Below, piece by piece: positions 26,905-41,617 of a DNA stretch of 64,000 bases. Position numbers and translations under genes: made by a program. Position 1 is the first letter of the stretch; each line of letters begins with the position of its first letter. This DNA is from the human T2T-CHM13v2.0 reference genome, Homo sapiens: assembly GCF_009914755.1 (NCBI RefSeq), contig NC_060932.1; one strand, given 5' to 3'. Under the pieces are notes generated by a model. That model did no database searches, was not told the origin of the DNA, and saw only the letters and a list, made by a program, of their open reading frames with translations.

Positions 26905-27039
26905 TCTTTTGTCTTTTATTTTTATAGATGGGGCCTCACTGTGTTGCACAGGCTTGTCTTAAACTCCTGGGCTCAAGCAATCCTACCATCTAGGTCTCCC
27001 AAAGTGCTGGGGTTATAGGTGTGAGTCACCACACTTAGC
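26905..27039 (-). mobile_element. FLAM/Alu monomer
   Basis: tagatggggcctcactgtgttgcacaggct...ctcccaaagtgctggggttataggtgtgagtcacc. Confidence 0.85.
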
Positions 27040-27738
27040 ATGAATATTTTAGACTTTACCCTTCTAATGTATGGACTTATATTTGTCAACTTCTTACTAT
27101 TCTTTTCTTTATTGTCATCCTTCATTCTTTAGTATATTTTCTTTATAATTCTGTTCAAAGTATTATTTTCATTGTGCTTTGTTCTTTGACTGGTAGATTA
27201 TTTAGAATTGTTTTGATTAATTTTCAGATATTTGGGGTTTTGTAAGTATCTTACTATTAGTGACTTCAAATTGCATTACATTGTACTCAAATAATACGAT
27301 TGCATTTTTTTACATTTATTGAGACTTGTCTTGTGGTCAAGCATGTGTTCTTTCTTGATGAACATATATTGTGCATCTAGGTGAGGCATTGTGTTCTACA
27401 GGTCTTAATTAGTTTGTACTTGATAGTGCTATTCAGATCATTTCTGCATTTACTGTTTTTTTTTTTCTAGTTGTCTTATCCATTGCTGAGAGTAAAGTAT
27501 TAACATTGTCTTCTTTGATTGTGGAATTGTTTATTTATCCCAGGAATTCTATCAATATTTGCTTCAGGTATTTTGAGGCTCTGTTATTTCAGGTATAGTT
27601 GTGATTATGATGAATAATGGGTTGACCCTTTTATCATTTTGAAATGATTTTCTTTACCTCTTATAATTCCTACATTATAACTCTTTTTCTAGTTTATGTA
27701 TTGGTAATATAGCTACTCCAGCTTCCTCATGCTTACTT

Positions 27739-28348
27739 TGTAATAATTATAAATTGTTCTGATTCAAATTACTCCAAGATTTAGTGACTTAAAACAACAT
27801 TTATCATCTTGCAGTTCTGTGGGTCAGGGATTAGGAAGCAGATTAGTTGAGTGATTTTGCTTCAGGGTCTCTCATGAGCTTGCAACAAAGCTATTGGTCA
27901 ACAATGCAGCCATCTCAAGCTCCACTTGGACTGAATAATCACTTCCAAGTTCACTCAAGTGGCTGTTGGTAGGTCTTAGTTCTTCAAGGCCTGTTGAACT
28001 GAGAGTCCTGAGTTCCTCACCATGTGGGCTTTCTATAGGATTGACTGGGTGTCCTCAAGATATGCCAGGCACCTGGACTCCTCCAGAGCAAATGATGAGA
28101 GCAAATGAAGAGACAGAGAGAGAGAGAGAAAGAACCTATGACGGCAGCTGTAGATATTTTATCATCTAATCTTAGAAGTGTCATCCCATCTTTTCTGTTT
28201 TAGAATAAGCAGAATTACTGACTTGCTTCTGATAAGACAGAAGCAAGTCAGCAATTCCAGCCCACCCTCAAGGGGAGGAGATTACACAAGGGCATGAATA
28301 CCAGAATACAATGGTCTTCAGCAAACCATCTTAGAGACTACCTACCAC
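27739..28348 (-). mobile_element. MLT1 (F/G/H-like) MaLR LTR
   Basis: ttagtgacttaaaacaac...cagttctgtgggtcagg...cagcccaccctcaaggggaggag...ctacctaccaca. Confidence 0.85.
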
Positions 28349-28620
28349 ATTGTTTTTATCGAATATTTTTTATGTTATTTACTTTCAGTCTATCTGTGTT
28401 TCATTTTAAAGTGTTTGTCCTGTAGACAATATATAGCAGATTCATGTATTTTTATCAATCCTGAAAGTTTTGACCTTTTCGCTGGAGTATTTAAACTACT
28501 AATTTTAATGCAATTATGGATATGATTGAAGTAAGCCTACCAGTTTATTGCTTTCTGTTTGCTCCATCTTTTGTTGTGAGTTTCGTTCCTGTTTGCTTTT
28601 GAATCATTTGAATACTTTTT

Positions 28621-28942
<322 letters not shown>

Positions 28943-29206
28943 TTAATTGTAATGTATTTTTTGGATTTTTAACTTTACCTTGTTACATAATTTTTTAGTG
29001 ATTGCTCTAAAGATTAGCATATGTATTCTTATATTTCACATTCTACCTAACGTTAGTATAGCTCCCCTTGACATAAAATGTAGAAATCCTGCAACGTCTT
29101 TTTTGTTCTATGTGTTATAGTTGTCTTTAACATATATACATATAATACCAACAACAAAATGTTATAAATTTGCTTTACATAGTCATGAGTAAATTAAATC
29201 ATTTAA

Positions 29207-29529
<323 letters not shown>

Positions 29530-30669
29530 GAAATCGTCTTCAATTTTTAACTCAGATATTTACTACTTCCAATGCCCTTCATTCATTTTTGAACAACGAA
29601 GATTTTATGTCATATTATTTCTTTTCAACCTAAAAAGCTTACTTTGTATTCTTGGTAGTGCATCTTTGCTGCGTACAAACTCCTTTAATTTTCCTTTATC
29701 TGAAAATACCTTTATTTTGCTATCTCTTAGTGTTTATGGTTTCTGATGAGTCCTCTGTATTAAAAATAAAATGTTTTGTTTTTCTCTGTTTGTAAGATTT
29801 TCTCTGTATATGTGGTTTTCAACATTTTGACTTTAAAAAAATTTAAAAAATCAACAACAACAACAAAGCTGATTTAAATCATAAACTAAAACCAGATGTA
29901 AGCTACTAGGGTACATCTATGAAGCTGGCATTCACAGTGATCTAGCTCAACTGACTGCACTGGGAACATCTACCTCCTAATCTACTGGGCAAAACAAGGG
30001 TAAGAACTGTGATTACCAATGTGTTTGTGGTTTGTCTTTTCTAAGCGAAGTTACCCTTAATATGAAACATATAAAAGAGGAGTATCATCGAAGAAGCCTT
30101 AGACCTTAGATCCTATTCCAGATCTGATATCCATTAAAATGGGCAAGCCATCCTCCCGCTTTTGGCTGCCAATTTCTACATGTAAATCTGGGAACTTCTA
30201 ATAGATAACTAGTAAGCACTCTTTTTCTCTCTAATGTTTCTAGGACTCTTTAAATCTACAGAGGAATTCATAGCGGAAAATCGCTGCATATATTTTGCTG
30301 ACATCTCTTACAAATCCACATTGCTGCATTGTGCTAAGGAACACAGATGAAGGAAAGGGGAGATTTTCATCTTCAACCAAATAGAAAATTAAGTCATCTC
30401 TACATGAGTTCCTTGACTATGTTACTCTTCAAATTAAAGGGTCTATCATATCCAGCGTCCTCAGATGAATTTGTGGTTTTATATTTTTTCTTAGTGGTGT
30501 ACAGTCTGTCCCTACATCTTATTTTTTTAGATAGTTAAAGATGTGCCTCTTATGTAAACACACTCTTGCAGCCTTAGTGAGAGAAAACACAGTGACCCAG
30601 GCAATGATGAGCTTAGGCCAGAGATCTTCTTAATCTGAGTGAATCTATACTTTTGCTTTTTTGATGTGC

Positions 30670-30792
30670 TTTAATTTTTTTAACTATAGTCACCCAAGTT
30701 GTGCAATCCTTTGACCAACATCTCAACAACACCAACCCTTGTCCCACACCTCCCTAGCCCCTGGTATCCACCATGGAACATTATTTCTATGA
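30670..30792 (-). mobile_element. L1MA/MB 3' UTR fragment
   Basis: ttaactatagtcacc...cctttgaccaacatctc...tttctatgag. Confidence 0.7.
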
Positions 30793-31012
30793 GATTTAAG
30801 AGTAGGATTAATTTCTGTAGGAGCTTTTGGTTCATCTTAGATAAAAAAAATATATATATATATAGATTGGTAGACCTACAGATTGTACTGACAAGTTTAA
30901 ACATTTCAAATCAGAAGAATTAAATATTTTAAAGTTGCCTGAGAGCTCAGTTTGCCTAATTTACTAAAATAATTTAAGCCCACACCAAGGGAAAAGAATG
31001 GAAAAGAAGGTA

Positions 31013-31307
31013 GAGTCTTTTCCTAGTATGTGTGAGGGGTTGGCTCCACGACCCTCATGGATACCAAAATCCAAGGATGCTCAAGTTCCTGATGTGAAAT
31101 GGCATAGTATTTGCATATAAACTACACATATCCTTCTTTATACTTCAAATCATTTCTAGATTACTTATAACACCTAATATAATGTAAATGCTATTTAAGT
31201 GTTTACTATGCTGTATCATTTTTCTTTGTATTATGTTTATTGCTATTTTTGGTCCACTATTGGTTGAATCTGTAGATGTGGAATCTATGGAAACGGAGGG
31301 CCTACTG
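31013..31307 (+). mobile_element. MER2 (TcMar-Tigger MITE)
   Basis: ggataccaaaatccaaggatgctcaagt...ggcatagtatttgcatataa...gagggcctactg; TA flanks at 31011 and 31308. Confidence 0.92.
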
Positions 31308-31309
31308 TA

Positions 31310-31970
31310 TTAGTTATTGAGGACTTGCTATGTGCCAGGCCCTTTATATGCACTATCACTTTTAATCCAGACCACTGTAGGGGATAGCCATATTTATTGG
31401 TACTTTAGAGACGAATTGACATTATGGCTTCAAGATATTAAATTAACTTACTCAAGGTCACATAGTAGAGTTTATATGCTGTTGTGAGTAGTTTGCTTAT
31501 AAACTATGCAGGCAGGATTCAACCCCAAATCTCTGTGGCTCCAAAGTACTTCTTTTTCTAATTGGTCATGTTTTCTCCTGCTCACAACACTATGGTTATT
31601 ACCAAACTAGGCTAGAACATGAGTTTCATGATTCCCAGACAAGTGCTTTTTCTAAATGTCTTGTTGCCCCACCTTTGACTCTCCTTTCTTAAGTTTAGAG
31701 TGAATTTCACCGAAGTCCAAAGATGAGAAAAAAAATTAGTGATCCATCTCTAATAATAATGGTTAATATTTATGGAGTGACTATTATGTGCCCAGGATAA
31801 TGTTAGATGATATAGATTAGTGTATTTATTTCTCAAAGGAAGCTTTTTGTTTCATAGCATAAATGTTCTTTTATATAGGTGGGAAAACTGAGGCTTAGAG
31901 AAGTGAAGTAACTTGTCAAAAGACATATAGTTTTTAATGTCAGAACTTAAATCCAGCAGTCCGCCAAATT
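31310..31970 (-). mobile_element. Two MIR fragments
   Basis: aacttactcaaggtcacatag and gaaaactgaggcttagagaagtgaagtaacttgtc. Confidence 0.75.
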
Positions 31971-32028
31971 TAAGGGTTTTTTTTGTCAATGTATGTGTAT
32001 GTAGTATAATTAACTTAAAGAAAATATA

Positions 32029-32368
<340 letters not shown>

Positions 32369-33359
32369 TCAGAAATGTATACATCCATGTAACTACCCTA
32401 CCAATGAAGATATAGAGCACTTCTATTATCCCAGAAAGTTTCATCATTCCCATTTGCAGTCAATCCCCAATCCTAGCCTAATAAAACTACTAACATGATA
32501 GATTTCAGCAGAATTGTGCCTGTTCTAGAGTTTTTATATAAATGGTATTATATAATATATATACTATTATGTCTGACTACTTAACTAAATGTGTTTAACA
32601 GCAAGTCTGTGAAAGATGATTACTAAGCCATTATATGAATATACTACAATATGTTTATACATTCTCCTATTGATAGAAATTTTTGGCTGGAAAGTAAATC
32701 TGCTGTGCATATTCTTGTAAGCATTGTTTGGACATATAATTTCATATTTTTTGGAAACATATCTGGAAGTGGAATTTATTAGTCTGGTGGTAGGAATGTC
32801 TTTAATTTTATAAGAAGCAAGTTTCTTAACCATTTTTTTAAAATTACTTCACATTTGCATCAGCAATGTAAGAGTTTTATTTCCTCCACAAACTTGCCAA
32901 AATTTTTAATTTTAGTCATTTTAGCAGGTGTGAAGTGGTATCTCAATGTGGTTTTAATTTCCATTTCCTAGAGACTAATGATGTTGAATTGAGCACCTTC
33001 TCTTGTGACTCTTGGTCTCTTGCATGTCTTCTGTGAAGTGCCTCTTCAACTATTTTGCCCATTTTTTCTTGCATTATTTGTATTTTTATTCTTGATGTAA
33101 ATGAGTTCTTTAAATATTTTGTATATAAGTTCTTTGTCATAAATACGTACTGTGCGTATTTTCTCCAATTCTGTAACTTGCCATTTCTCTTAAAGGAGTC
33201 CTTTGATGAACAGAAGTCTTTAATTTTGATGAAGTCCATTTTTTCCACATTTATGGTTAGTTCATTTTGTGTTTGTCTCAGGGATAATTGCCTATGCCAA
33301 GTTTGCTATGATATTCTACTGTTTCTTTCCAGTATTATGTATATAAAATATATATTATA

Positions 33360-33670
33360 GGCTGGGCATGGTGGGTCATGGTTATAATCTCAGCATTTTG
33401 GGAGGCTGAAGTAGGAGGATTGCTTGAGCCTGGGGGTTTGAGGCCAGCCTGGGCAACATAGGGAGACCCCTATGTTGGGTAAAATATTTTTTAAAAAAAT
33501 AAAAATTACCAGGGCATGGTGTTTCATGCTTTTAGTCCCAGCTACTTGGGAAGCTGAGGCAGGAAGACCACTTGAGTGCCAAATGTCAAGGCTGCAGTGA
33601 GCCATGATCAAGCCACTGCACACCAGCCTGGGTGACAGAGTGAGAAATATTAAATAAAATAAATAAAATA
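33360..33670 (+). mobile_element. AluJ
   Basis: Diverged Alu with the J-type ggaggattgcttgagcc and gaggccagcctgggcaacatag. Confidence 0.92.
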
Positions 33671-34554
33671 TTATAATTTTAGCTTTCCACCTAGGAAAAT
33701 AATCAATCTTGAAATAATCATTTTGGTTCATGAATAGAATTATTCTATCCCACTATTTTGAGATGACATTCATTTTCCCATTAAATTGTACTTACAGTTT
33801 TGCCATAAATTAATTAATTGCATCAATGTCTGTCTACTTTATGACTTTCTGTTATTTTCCATTGATCTGTTTGTTTAGCCTCACACCAGTATCACACTGT
33901 CTTAATCTTAACTATAGTCTTAACTACTGTAGCTTTAAAATGTCTTTAAATTAAATAATGCAAATCTGCCAACTTTTTTTTCTTTTCAAGATTGTTTTAG
34001 CTATTCCAGGACCTTTAAATATCCATATCAATGTAATAAAATGCTTATCAATTTTTACCAAAATGTCCTGCTGAATATTTAATTGGGATGGTTGAATATG
34101 TAAATCTATTTGAGAAGCATTAACATCTTAATAATATTGACCTTCCAATCCATGAACCTGGTATAACTCTCATTTTATTTACTACTTTAACTTGTCTCAA
34201 CAATGATTTTAAAATTTTAGTGTAGCAGTCTTGTACAACTTGTGTTAAAATATTTCAGAAGGATTTTATGCTTCTGATGCTAAAGTAAATATTAATTTAA
34301 AAATTTTTAATTTTCTATTGTTAATTGCTAGGGTATAGAAATACAGGTGATTTTTATATATTGACCTTTTATCTTGAAACATTGTTGAAGTCACTGTTCT
34401 CATGCTTATTTATTTTTAATACACTATAATGGATTTTAATGTACATAATCATGTTGTATGCAAAAAAGAAAGACAGTTTTCTACTTCTGTCTTATAATTT
34501 ATGTCTTCAATTCAACAAAGCTTCTTTAAATCTAGCACTCAAAAGATTTAAATT

Positions 34555-34770
34555 TACAAATTAAAATGCATATATTTATGGGGTACAACATGATGTTTTG
34601 ATGTATGAATACCTTGCAAAATGGTACAATCAAGTTAATCAACATATCTATTACTTCACATACTTATATTTTTTGTGGTAAGAACATTTAATAGCTACTT
34701 GGCAATTTTTAAATGTACAATGTATTGTTGTTAACTACAATCACCATTTGTACAATAGATCTCCTGATCT
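34555..34770 (-). mobile_element. L1MA 3' end fragment
   Basis: tatatttatggggtacaacatgatgttttg...tgtacaatagatctc. Confidence 0.8.
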
Positions 34771-35429
34771 CATCTAGCACTATTTGACAGATTAGTCGTA
34801 AGATATTATTTTTATTTTATCCATTTCTTCATCTATATCACAGGATCAAAAGTGCTTCATGTCCTTCTATATGTCTATTTTTTAAATAATTTTTATTTGA
34901 AGCGTGACATCCACACACAAAAAAAACCTATATCGTAAGTGTACAGCTCAACAAATACTTACAAAGTGAAGACATCTGTATATTACTAAAATTTTTACCA
35001 GTACCCAAAAATGCCCATTTATGTACCCAGCAATCATTATCACCTTCTCACTATCTTTATTTCTTCATTAGTTTTGACTGCTTTTATATTGTAAGTTTTT
35101 CCTCTGAATTAAATCATTTTCATATGCACATTTTATGTCTTTTGACGTTTAACCAAATATAACAAAATTCATTCATTTTGTTGCATATAGCAGTAATTTG
35201 TATATTGTAAAATATTTCATACCATAATTTATTTACTACACTACTTATGTACAGTTGGCCCTTAAACAACATCAATTTGAAGCACGTGGATCGCTTATTC
35301 ACAGATTCTTTCAATAAATACATTGGAAAAAACTGGGGGATTTGCAACAATTTTAAGAAACTTTCAGACAAACCACATAGCCTAGAAATATAAAAAAAAA
35401 ATTTAAAGTGATGTTTCGAAAACATAAAT

Positions 35430-35781
35430 TATTTTATTTATTTATTTATTTATCTTGACGGAGTCTTACTCTGCTGCCTAGGCTGGAGTGCAATGACGTG
35501 ATCTCAGCTCACTGCAACCTCTGCTCCTTGGTTCAAGTGATTCTCCTGTCTCAGCCTTCCAAGTAACTGAGATTACAGGTGCATCTCAGCTTCCCAAGTA
35601 CCTGGGATTACAGGTGCATGCTACCACATCCAGCTAATTTTTTTTTTTTTTTCATATTTTTAGTCGAGACAGGGTTTCACCATGTCGGCCAGGCTGATCT
35701 TGAACTCCTGGCCTCAAGTCATCTGCCCGCCTTGCCCTCCCAAAGTTCTGGAATTACACGCATGAGCCACTGCACCCAGCC
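35430..35781 (-). mobile_element. AluS with an internal 35-bp tandem duplication, nested in Tigger2
   Basis: (TTTA)n tail; Alu body ending gagccactgcacccagcc. Confidence 0.93.
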
Positions 35782-36199
35782 CATGAAATATATTTATATA
35801 CAGATCTATTTTATCATTTTTACTACCATAAAATATATATGAAACTATTATAAAAGTTAAAATTTATCAAAGCTTACACAAACACTTACAGACCATACAT
35901 GGCACCATTTGCAATAGAGAAAAATGTAAGTGTAAGTGTGCAGTATTAAATCATGTCTGTGCAAAATTTATTGTAGTATGTACTGTACTTCTGTAATAAT
36001 TTTATAGCCACCTTCTCTTGCTATAGTTGTGAGTTCAAGGGTTCCAAGTATAAATGCTGTGTAACTCTAGTCATCTCTGCATGAGCAGTTCATCTCTCGA
36101 GTAAATTGTGTATCACAGTAAAATGTGATCTCTCAAAGTTCTTGTGTATTGTTCACTATGTTTAATGCAATACCATAAATCTTGAATAACACTACGGAA

Positions 36200-37780
36200 C
36201 ACACATAAAGTGCCACGAGTTTTACTTCCAAGAAGCAAAGAAAAGTTCTGATATTACAAGAAAAAGTTGCATTGCTTAATATGTACTGTAGATTAAGGTC
36301 TGCAGCTGTGGCTACTGACCATTTGAAGATAAATGAATTCAGCATAAGAGCCATTATAAAAAAAAGTAAACACAAATTAATGAAGCCATTGCTGCAACCA
36401 CACCAGCAGGCATAAAAATCTTGCACTTTTTGGTGAAATACTTTTTTATCTTGTATTGAAAATGCTGCTTTTATGTGGGTGCAGGATTTCTATAAGAAAG
36501 GCATACTTATAGACTCTAATATGAATGCAGAAAAAGTGACATCATTATATGGCAACTTAAAGCAAAAGCAAGGTGAAGGATCTAAAGCTGAAGAATTTAA
36601 TGCCAGCAAAGGATGGTTTGATACTTGAGATTTGGCTTTAAAAATTCAAAATAATAGAAGCAGCTTCTGCCAATCAGGAGGCATTAGACAAGTTCTCAGA
36701 TGCCATTAAGAAAATCATTAAGGTTAAAGGATATTTGCCTGAACATATCTTTAATATAGATGAAAGTTCCCTATTCTGGAAGAAAACAAAAAGCCACAAA
36801 GGACATTTATTAGTAAGGAAGAAAAACGAGTGCCAGAACTTAAGGCAGAAAAAGACAGGTTAACTTTACTGTTTTACGCAAACACATTCGGGTTAATGGT
36901 CAGGACTGCCCTTACCTATAAAGTTGCTAATCCCTAAGCCTTGAAGGGAGAAGATAAATACCAGCTGCCAGGATTTTCACTGTACAAGAAGGCCTGGACA
37001 ATAAAAATCCTCTTCTGAATTGGTTCCATCTATGTTTTGTCCCTGAAGTCAGGAAGTATCTTTCCAGTAAGGGAGTGCATTTTAAAGTACTTTTGATACT
37101 GGAGAATGCCCCTGGCCACCAAAAACCCCATGAGTTCAACACTGAAGGCATTAAAGTGGCCTACTTGATGAAAAACACAACATCTCTTATTTAGCCTCTA
37201 GACCAGGAGGTCATAAGGACCTTTAAAGCTCATTAAACATGGTACTCTATGGAAAGGATTGTCAACACTATGGAGGAGAACCCTGACAGAGAAAACATCA
37301 CAAAATTCTGGAAGGACTGCACCATTGAAGATGCCATTATTGTTATAGAAAAAGCTGTCAAGCCAGAAACAATAAATTCCTGTTGGAGAAAAACTGTGTC
37401 CAGATGTGCATGATGTCACAGGATTCATAACAAAGCCAATCAAGACAATTATCAAAGAGGTTGTGAATATGGCAGAAAAGATAGGTAGTAAAGGGTTTAA
37501 AGATATAAATCTTGGAGAGATTCAATAACTAATAGACACCACTCAAGGGGAATTAACAGAAAATGACTTAACGGAGATGAATGCTTCTGAACCAGTGCTA
37601 GATGGTGAGGAAGAAGACATAGAAGAAGCAGCTCCAGAAAACAAATTGATGTTAGACAATCTGGCAGAAGGGTTCTGATTATTCAAGACTGCTTTTGACT
37701 CCTTTCATGACATGGATCCTTCTATGACACAGGCATTGAAACAAAAGCAAACAATAAAAAAAGGATTGGTACCAAAAATT
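36200..37780 (+). pseudogene. Disabled Tigger2 pogo/CENP-B-like transposase
   Basis: Hand translation gives SKKQRKVLILQEKV (HTH), FNASKGWFD, IFNIDESSLFW, LLILENAPGH and SLI*PLDQEVI; stops and frameshifts present; second catalytic D appears as E. Confidence 0.85.
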
Positions 37781-39879
37781 TAGACAAAAAGTACAACATA
37801 TTTTCATAAAGTTACACCAAGTGTGCCTGCCTCTCTGGCCTGTCCTTGCATCTTCTCAACCTCTTCATCCTCTGCCACTCCTGAGACAGTAAGAACAACC
37901 CCTCCTTTTTCTCCTCCTTGTCAGCCTGCTCAACATGAAGATGACAAAGATGAAGACCTTTATAAAGATCCTCTTTTACTTAATGAATAGTAATTATATT
38001 TTCTGTTCCTTATGATTTTCTTAATAACATTTTTGTTTCTCTAGCTTACTTTAAAAATACAGTATATAATACATATGACATACAGAATATGTGTTAATCA
38101 ACTGTTTATGTTATTGGTAAGGCTTCTGGTCAACATAGGGTATCAGTAGTTAAGTTTTGGGGGAGTCAAAAGTTACATGTGGATTTTCAAATGCGTGGAA
38201 GGTTGGCATTCCTAAGCCCTGTGTTGTTCAAGGATTAAATGTATCTATTTTACAGCTCATTTATCTATTTATTTATTCAAAAACATATTTATTTATTATA
38301 TTGTTGAGGGATACTTAACCTTTGATGCTTACGATTTCTGAGTAATACAAAGACTGCTTTTGTTAATATTTCAGTGTGCATATTTTGCTGAATACTTGTA
38401 CAGATTTTTTTGTGAGTACAATGGAAATATTGAAAATTCTTATTTGGAGGGGTGGGTATGTTCATCTTTAGTAGATACTGCCAAAGAGTTTTTCTCAAGA
38501 ATTAAAAATTAACACAATTTTTAATAATTTGAGTTAACTGATTAACTGATATTAATTAAAGGAAAGGTAATTCATATTGAAACAAAATGAAAGTGTTCCA
38601 GAGAGAATTAAAGAAATAATAGTGAAAAAAACAACATCAAACAAATAAATGATCTGGGAAGAGTGGGCCAGGGGTCCTATCTGGCCACATCTGGATCTGA
38701 ACTGCAGCTGCCTCCATGAGATGAGTCATGGCTGATCCCAGTCACTTCAGCTCTACCTGGATCACTTCACTCATTTTATTTTTCTACTCTTCCTCTACAA
38801 GCTGCGTTTTTCTGACTACAACAATTTGCATCCTACAACTCCATAGAACATATTACGAGACTTTTGAAAGATTCCCTCTTTTCCCTTGGTTCTGCAGCAC
38901 TTTCAGGTATGTCTTAGTTTTCTTAGGTTCCTGAGAAATAAGATGGGGTGTACACAGCCAATTGGAGCCATACTTCATCAGGTTCTGTCCATACACTTGC
39001 CTGCTTTTCTTCCCTAGTCACCCTGCCTGTCCATATTAAAAACACAAAGCTCATTTACTTCCGTCTCAGTTTTCTTCCTTTTGCCCTTGGGGCTCCATGC
39101 TGAATTTGATCAACACTTCACTGCTAGAGATCCTAATAAGCAGGAAGTTCCTAGATCCTAAATTATATCTTCCAATTAAGTCTTGTCATCCAGAAGATCA
39201 CTTCATGAGGGAACAAAGAAGAGAGAAAGGGAAAGTATTTTATTATCTCATCAACTCTGTTCTCTGGTTGATTTCTCACTCCTTTTGGAACATAAATTAA
39301 TTTGAAGAATGTTGGCTTTTAGAAAATGGGAGATAATTTATCAATTAGAAGACAACACAAAGGCATCAAGCCTGAAGTTCAAGTACCAGCATGCTATCCT
39401 GGGAGCTGGGGATGTGGTGGCTGGTGTTTTTAGATGCAGGTGGAAAGACTGCTTTCAATCTTAGTACTTGGAAGTTTGGAGGACAATTGACCTTTATCAA
39501 TAAATTAAGCACAATATGTGCAATACTATATAATATAAATTCTTGCTAAATATAGTCAAAGTGCAAAAAAAATGGGCTATAAAGGGAAACCAGTAAATGA
39601 TGCTTTAGACCATCAGATATGAAAAATTTTATGGAAAGGTAGGTTACTTTTACCTTGTGCCTTTCAGGAATTAGTGAGGCAAAAAAGAATGAAAAGCATT
39701 CCTGACAGAAAGAACAGCATGAACAAAGACACAAAAAGACACAGAACAGAGAATACATAATGTACTTGGTGAATGCACACTCCTGAAATACACTCTCCAT
39801 CTTCTTTGCATTCAAAATGGCTTGACCTTCACTGCAAAGCTACCCTAACTACAACCATAACACATTTTTGTGTTCCTGC

Positions 39880-40580
39880 CTTAGGGCCTGCATGCTACCT
39901 CCTCTATCTTGATCACCATCTCCCTGCTTTCACCAACCTCAGTCTTCCTAGACCTTCTGGCTTGAGCTGAAATGCCACTTTCTTGCAGAACTTTTTCCTA
40001 CCTATTCATTGTGAAGCAGGCCTTCTGTGCTACTCTTTTTCATGCATCTCAATCTCTTTCTTCTAGGATTTAGCATAATTTGCAATTATAGATGGTCTTC
40101 CACTTACAGTGGTTCAATTTACTATTTCTCAGCTTTACGATGATACCCACACAACTGCTCTGTTTTCCACTTTTAGTACAATATTCAAAAATGACATGAG
40201 ATATTCGACACTTTATTATAAAATAGACTTTGTATGCGATGATTTTGCCCAAATGAAGGCTAACGTAAGTATTCTGAGCACATTTAGGGTAGGCTAGGCT
40301 AAACTATTATGTTCAGTATGTTAAGTGTATTACATGCGTTTTCCACTTACAATATTTTCAATTTATAATGGGTTTATCAAGATATAAACTTATCGTAAGT
40401 GGAGGAGCATTTGTATGTGTTTGTATATTTATTTATTGAATATGAGTCTTGTGAATTAGCCTGATAGCTCCAAGATGGTAGAAACCATTTAAAATAATAT
40501 TTTTAAAAAAAACAGTGTCCCCAGCGTTTAGCACAGTGCCTAGATTACAGTAGGTATTTAACAAATATTTTTATGAAATT
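39880..40580 (+). mobile_element. L2 3' end remnant split by MER47A
   Basis: ccccagcgtttagcacagtgcctag...cagtaggtatttaacaaatattt. Confidence 0.65.
40089..40413 (-). mobile_element. MER47A (TcMar-Tigger MITE)
   Basis: gatggtcttccacttac...gtaggctaggctaaact...atcgtaagtggaggagcatttg. Confidence 0.88.
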
Positions 40581-41315
40581 ACACTTTGGCTCTTTTGGAT
40601 CCTATGGTAACAGTCAATTTGTGGATAGACTCAGTTTCTGAATAATATAATTCACCAATATATCCATAGAACTCTGCATAGTACACACTAGATCTACAAC
40701 ACAGCTCAATGGATTCTTATTTACCCTATTTAACATTTTGTGCTATCTTTTATGACGGCTCTGTATAACTCATATGGACTTACTACCCCTAGAGGGTGCA
40801 ATCCATGATTTGTACATTCTTTTATCTGCAAAGAACCTAGCAAAACATCCTGCACAAGTTGCACTATTGACCTGTGAAATCATACCAGTTCTTAGTAACT
40901 GTGACAGACCTGAGATACAGTCAAGCCTAACAGAGATGTGAACGAGGCAGAAGATCAGTCAGAAGTGGAATTGGACACGAAGAGGAGGCCTTTTATATTG
41001 TAGTGAACATTGATTGCATTTTGAGGAAAGCATCTCAAATAATTCTCAGAAAAAGGTTGCTTCAAACCAAACTGAGGAAAATGAGTCCCCTTAACCCAAG
41101 GCAATAGATTTATGCTTCTGAAATAATACACTGCTGGTCTTCAAGGACCATGACTCACACTCTTGTTTTCTTCGGGGATCGACAGTTCTATACAGTGCCT
41201 AGGGAAACATTCTATCTCGTGGAGTTATGAGTCTCAGGCACTTCCAAAGTCCTTAGCTACCTGTTAATTGGGGCTCTTAGTCTCAAACTTCTGCCCTGAG
41301 CTAGGTTTGGGTACC

Positions 41316-41458
41316 TATCAAGAGTACAGTTTCCAGATTGATCAGATGAAAGTATGAGACATCTAGTATGTTTGGGAATATACTTATACTAAAGAAGTTA
41401 TTTGTGTCTATCTGCAATTAAAATTTAACTGTGTTCTTTGTTTTATCTAGCAATTCTA
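41316..41458. mobile_element. MER53-like hAT MITE, internally deleted
   Basis: atacttatactaaagaagttatttg...aaatttaactg...ttttatctagcaattcta. Confidence 0.6.
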
Positions 41459-41617
41459 ATCCACAGGACCTTCTGGCTTGAACATATAATTGACTTGTTC
41501 TGTGTAGATCTTGAGTGCATGCCTAGGAATAAAATGTGTACATCAAAAGGTGTCTTAAGTCAAGAATTTAGCTTTGAGAATTCTAGCTGTGGAGGAAACA
41601 ATATGAAGACACTAAGG

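Larger units (their letters stand above)
35252..38241 (+). mobile_element. Near full-length Tigger2 (TcMar/pogo-like DNA transposon) inserted in an old L1ME
   Basis: TIRs cagttggcccttaaacaaca / tgttgttcaaggattaaatg with TA flanks; ~2.64 kb after removing the internal Alu. Confidence 0.93.
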
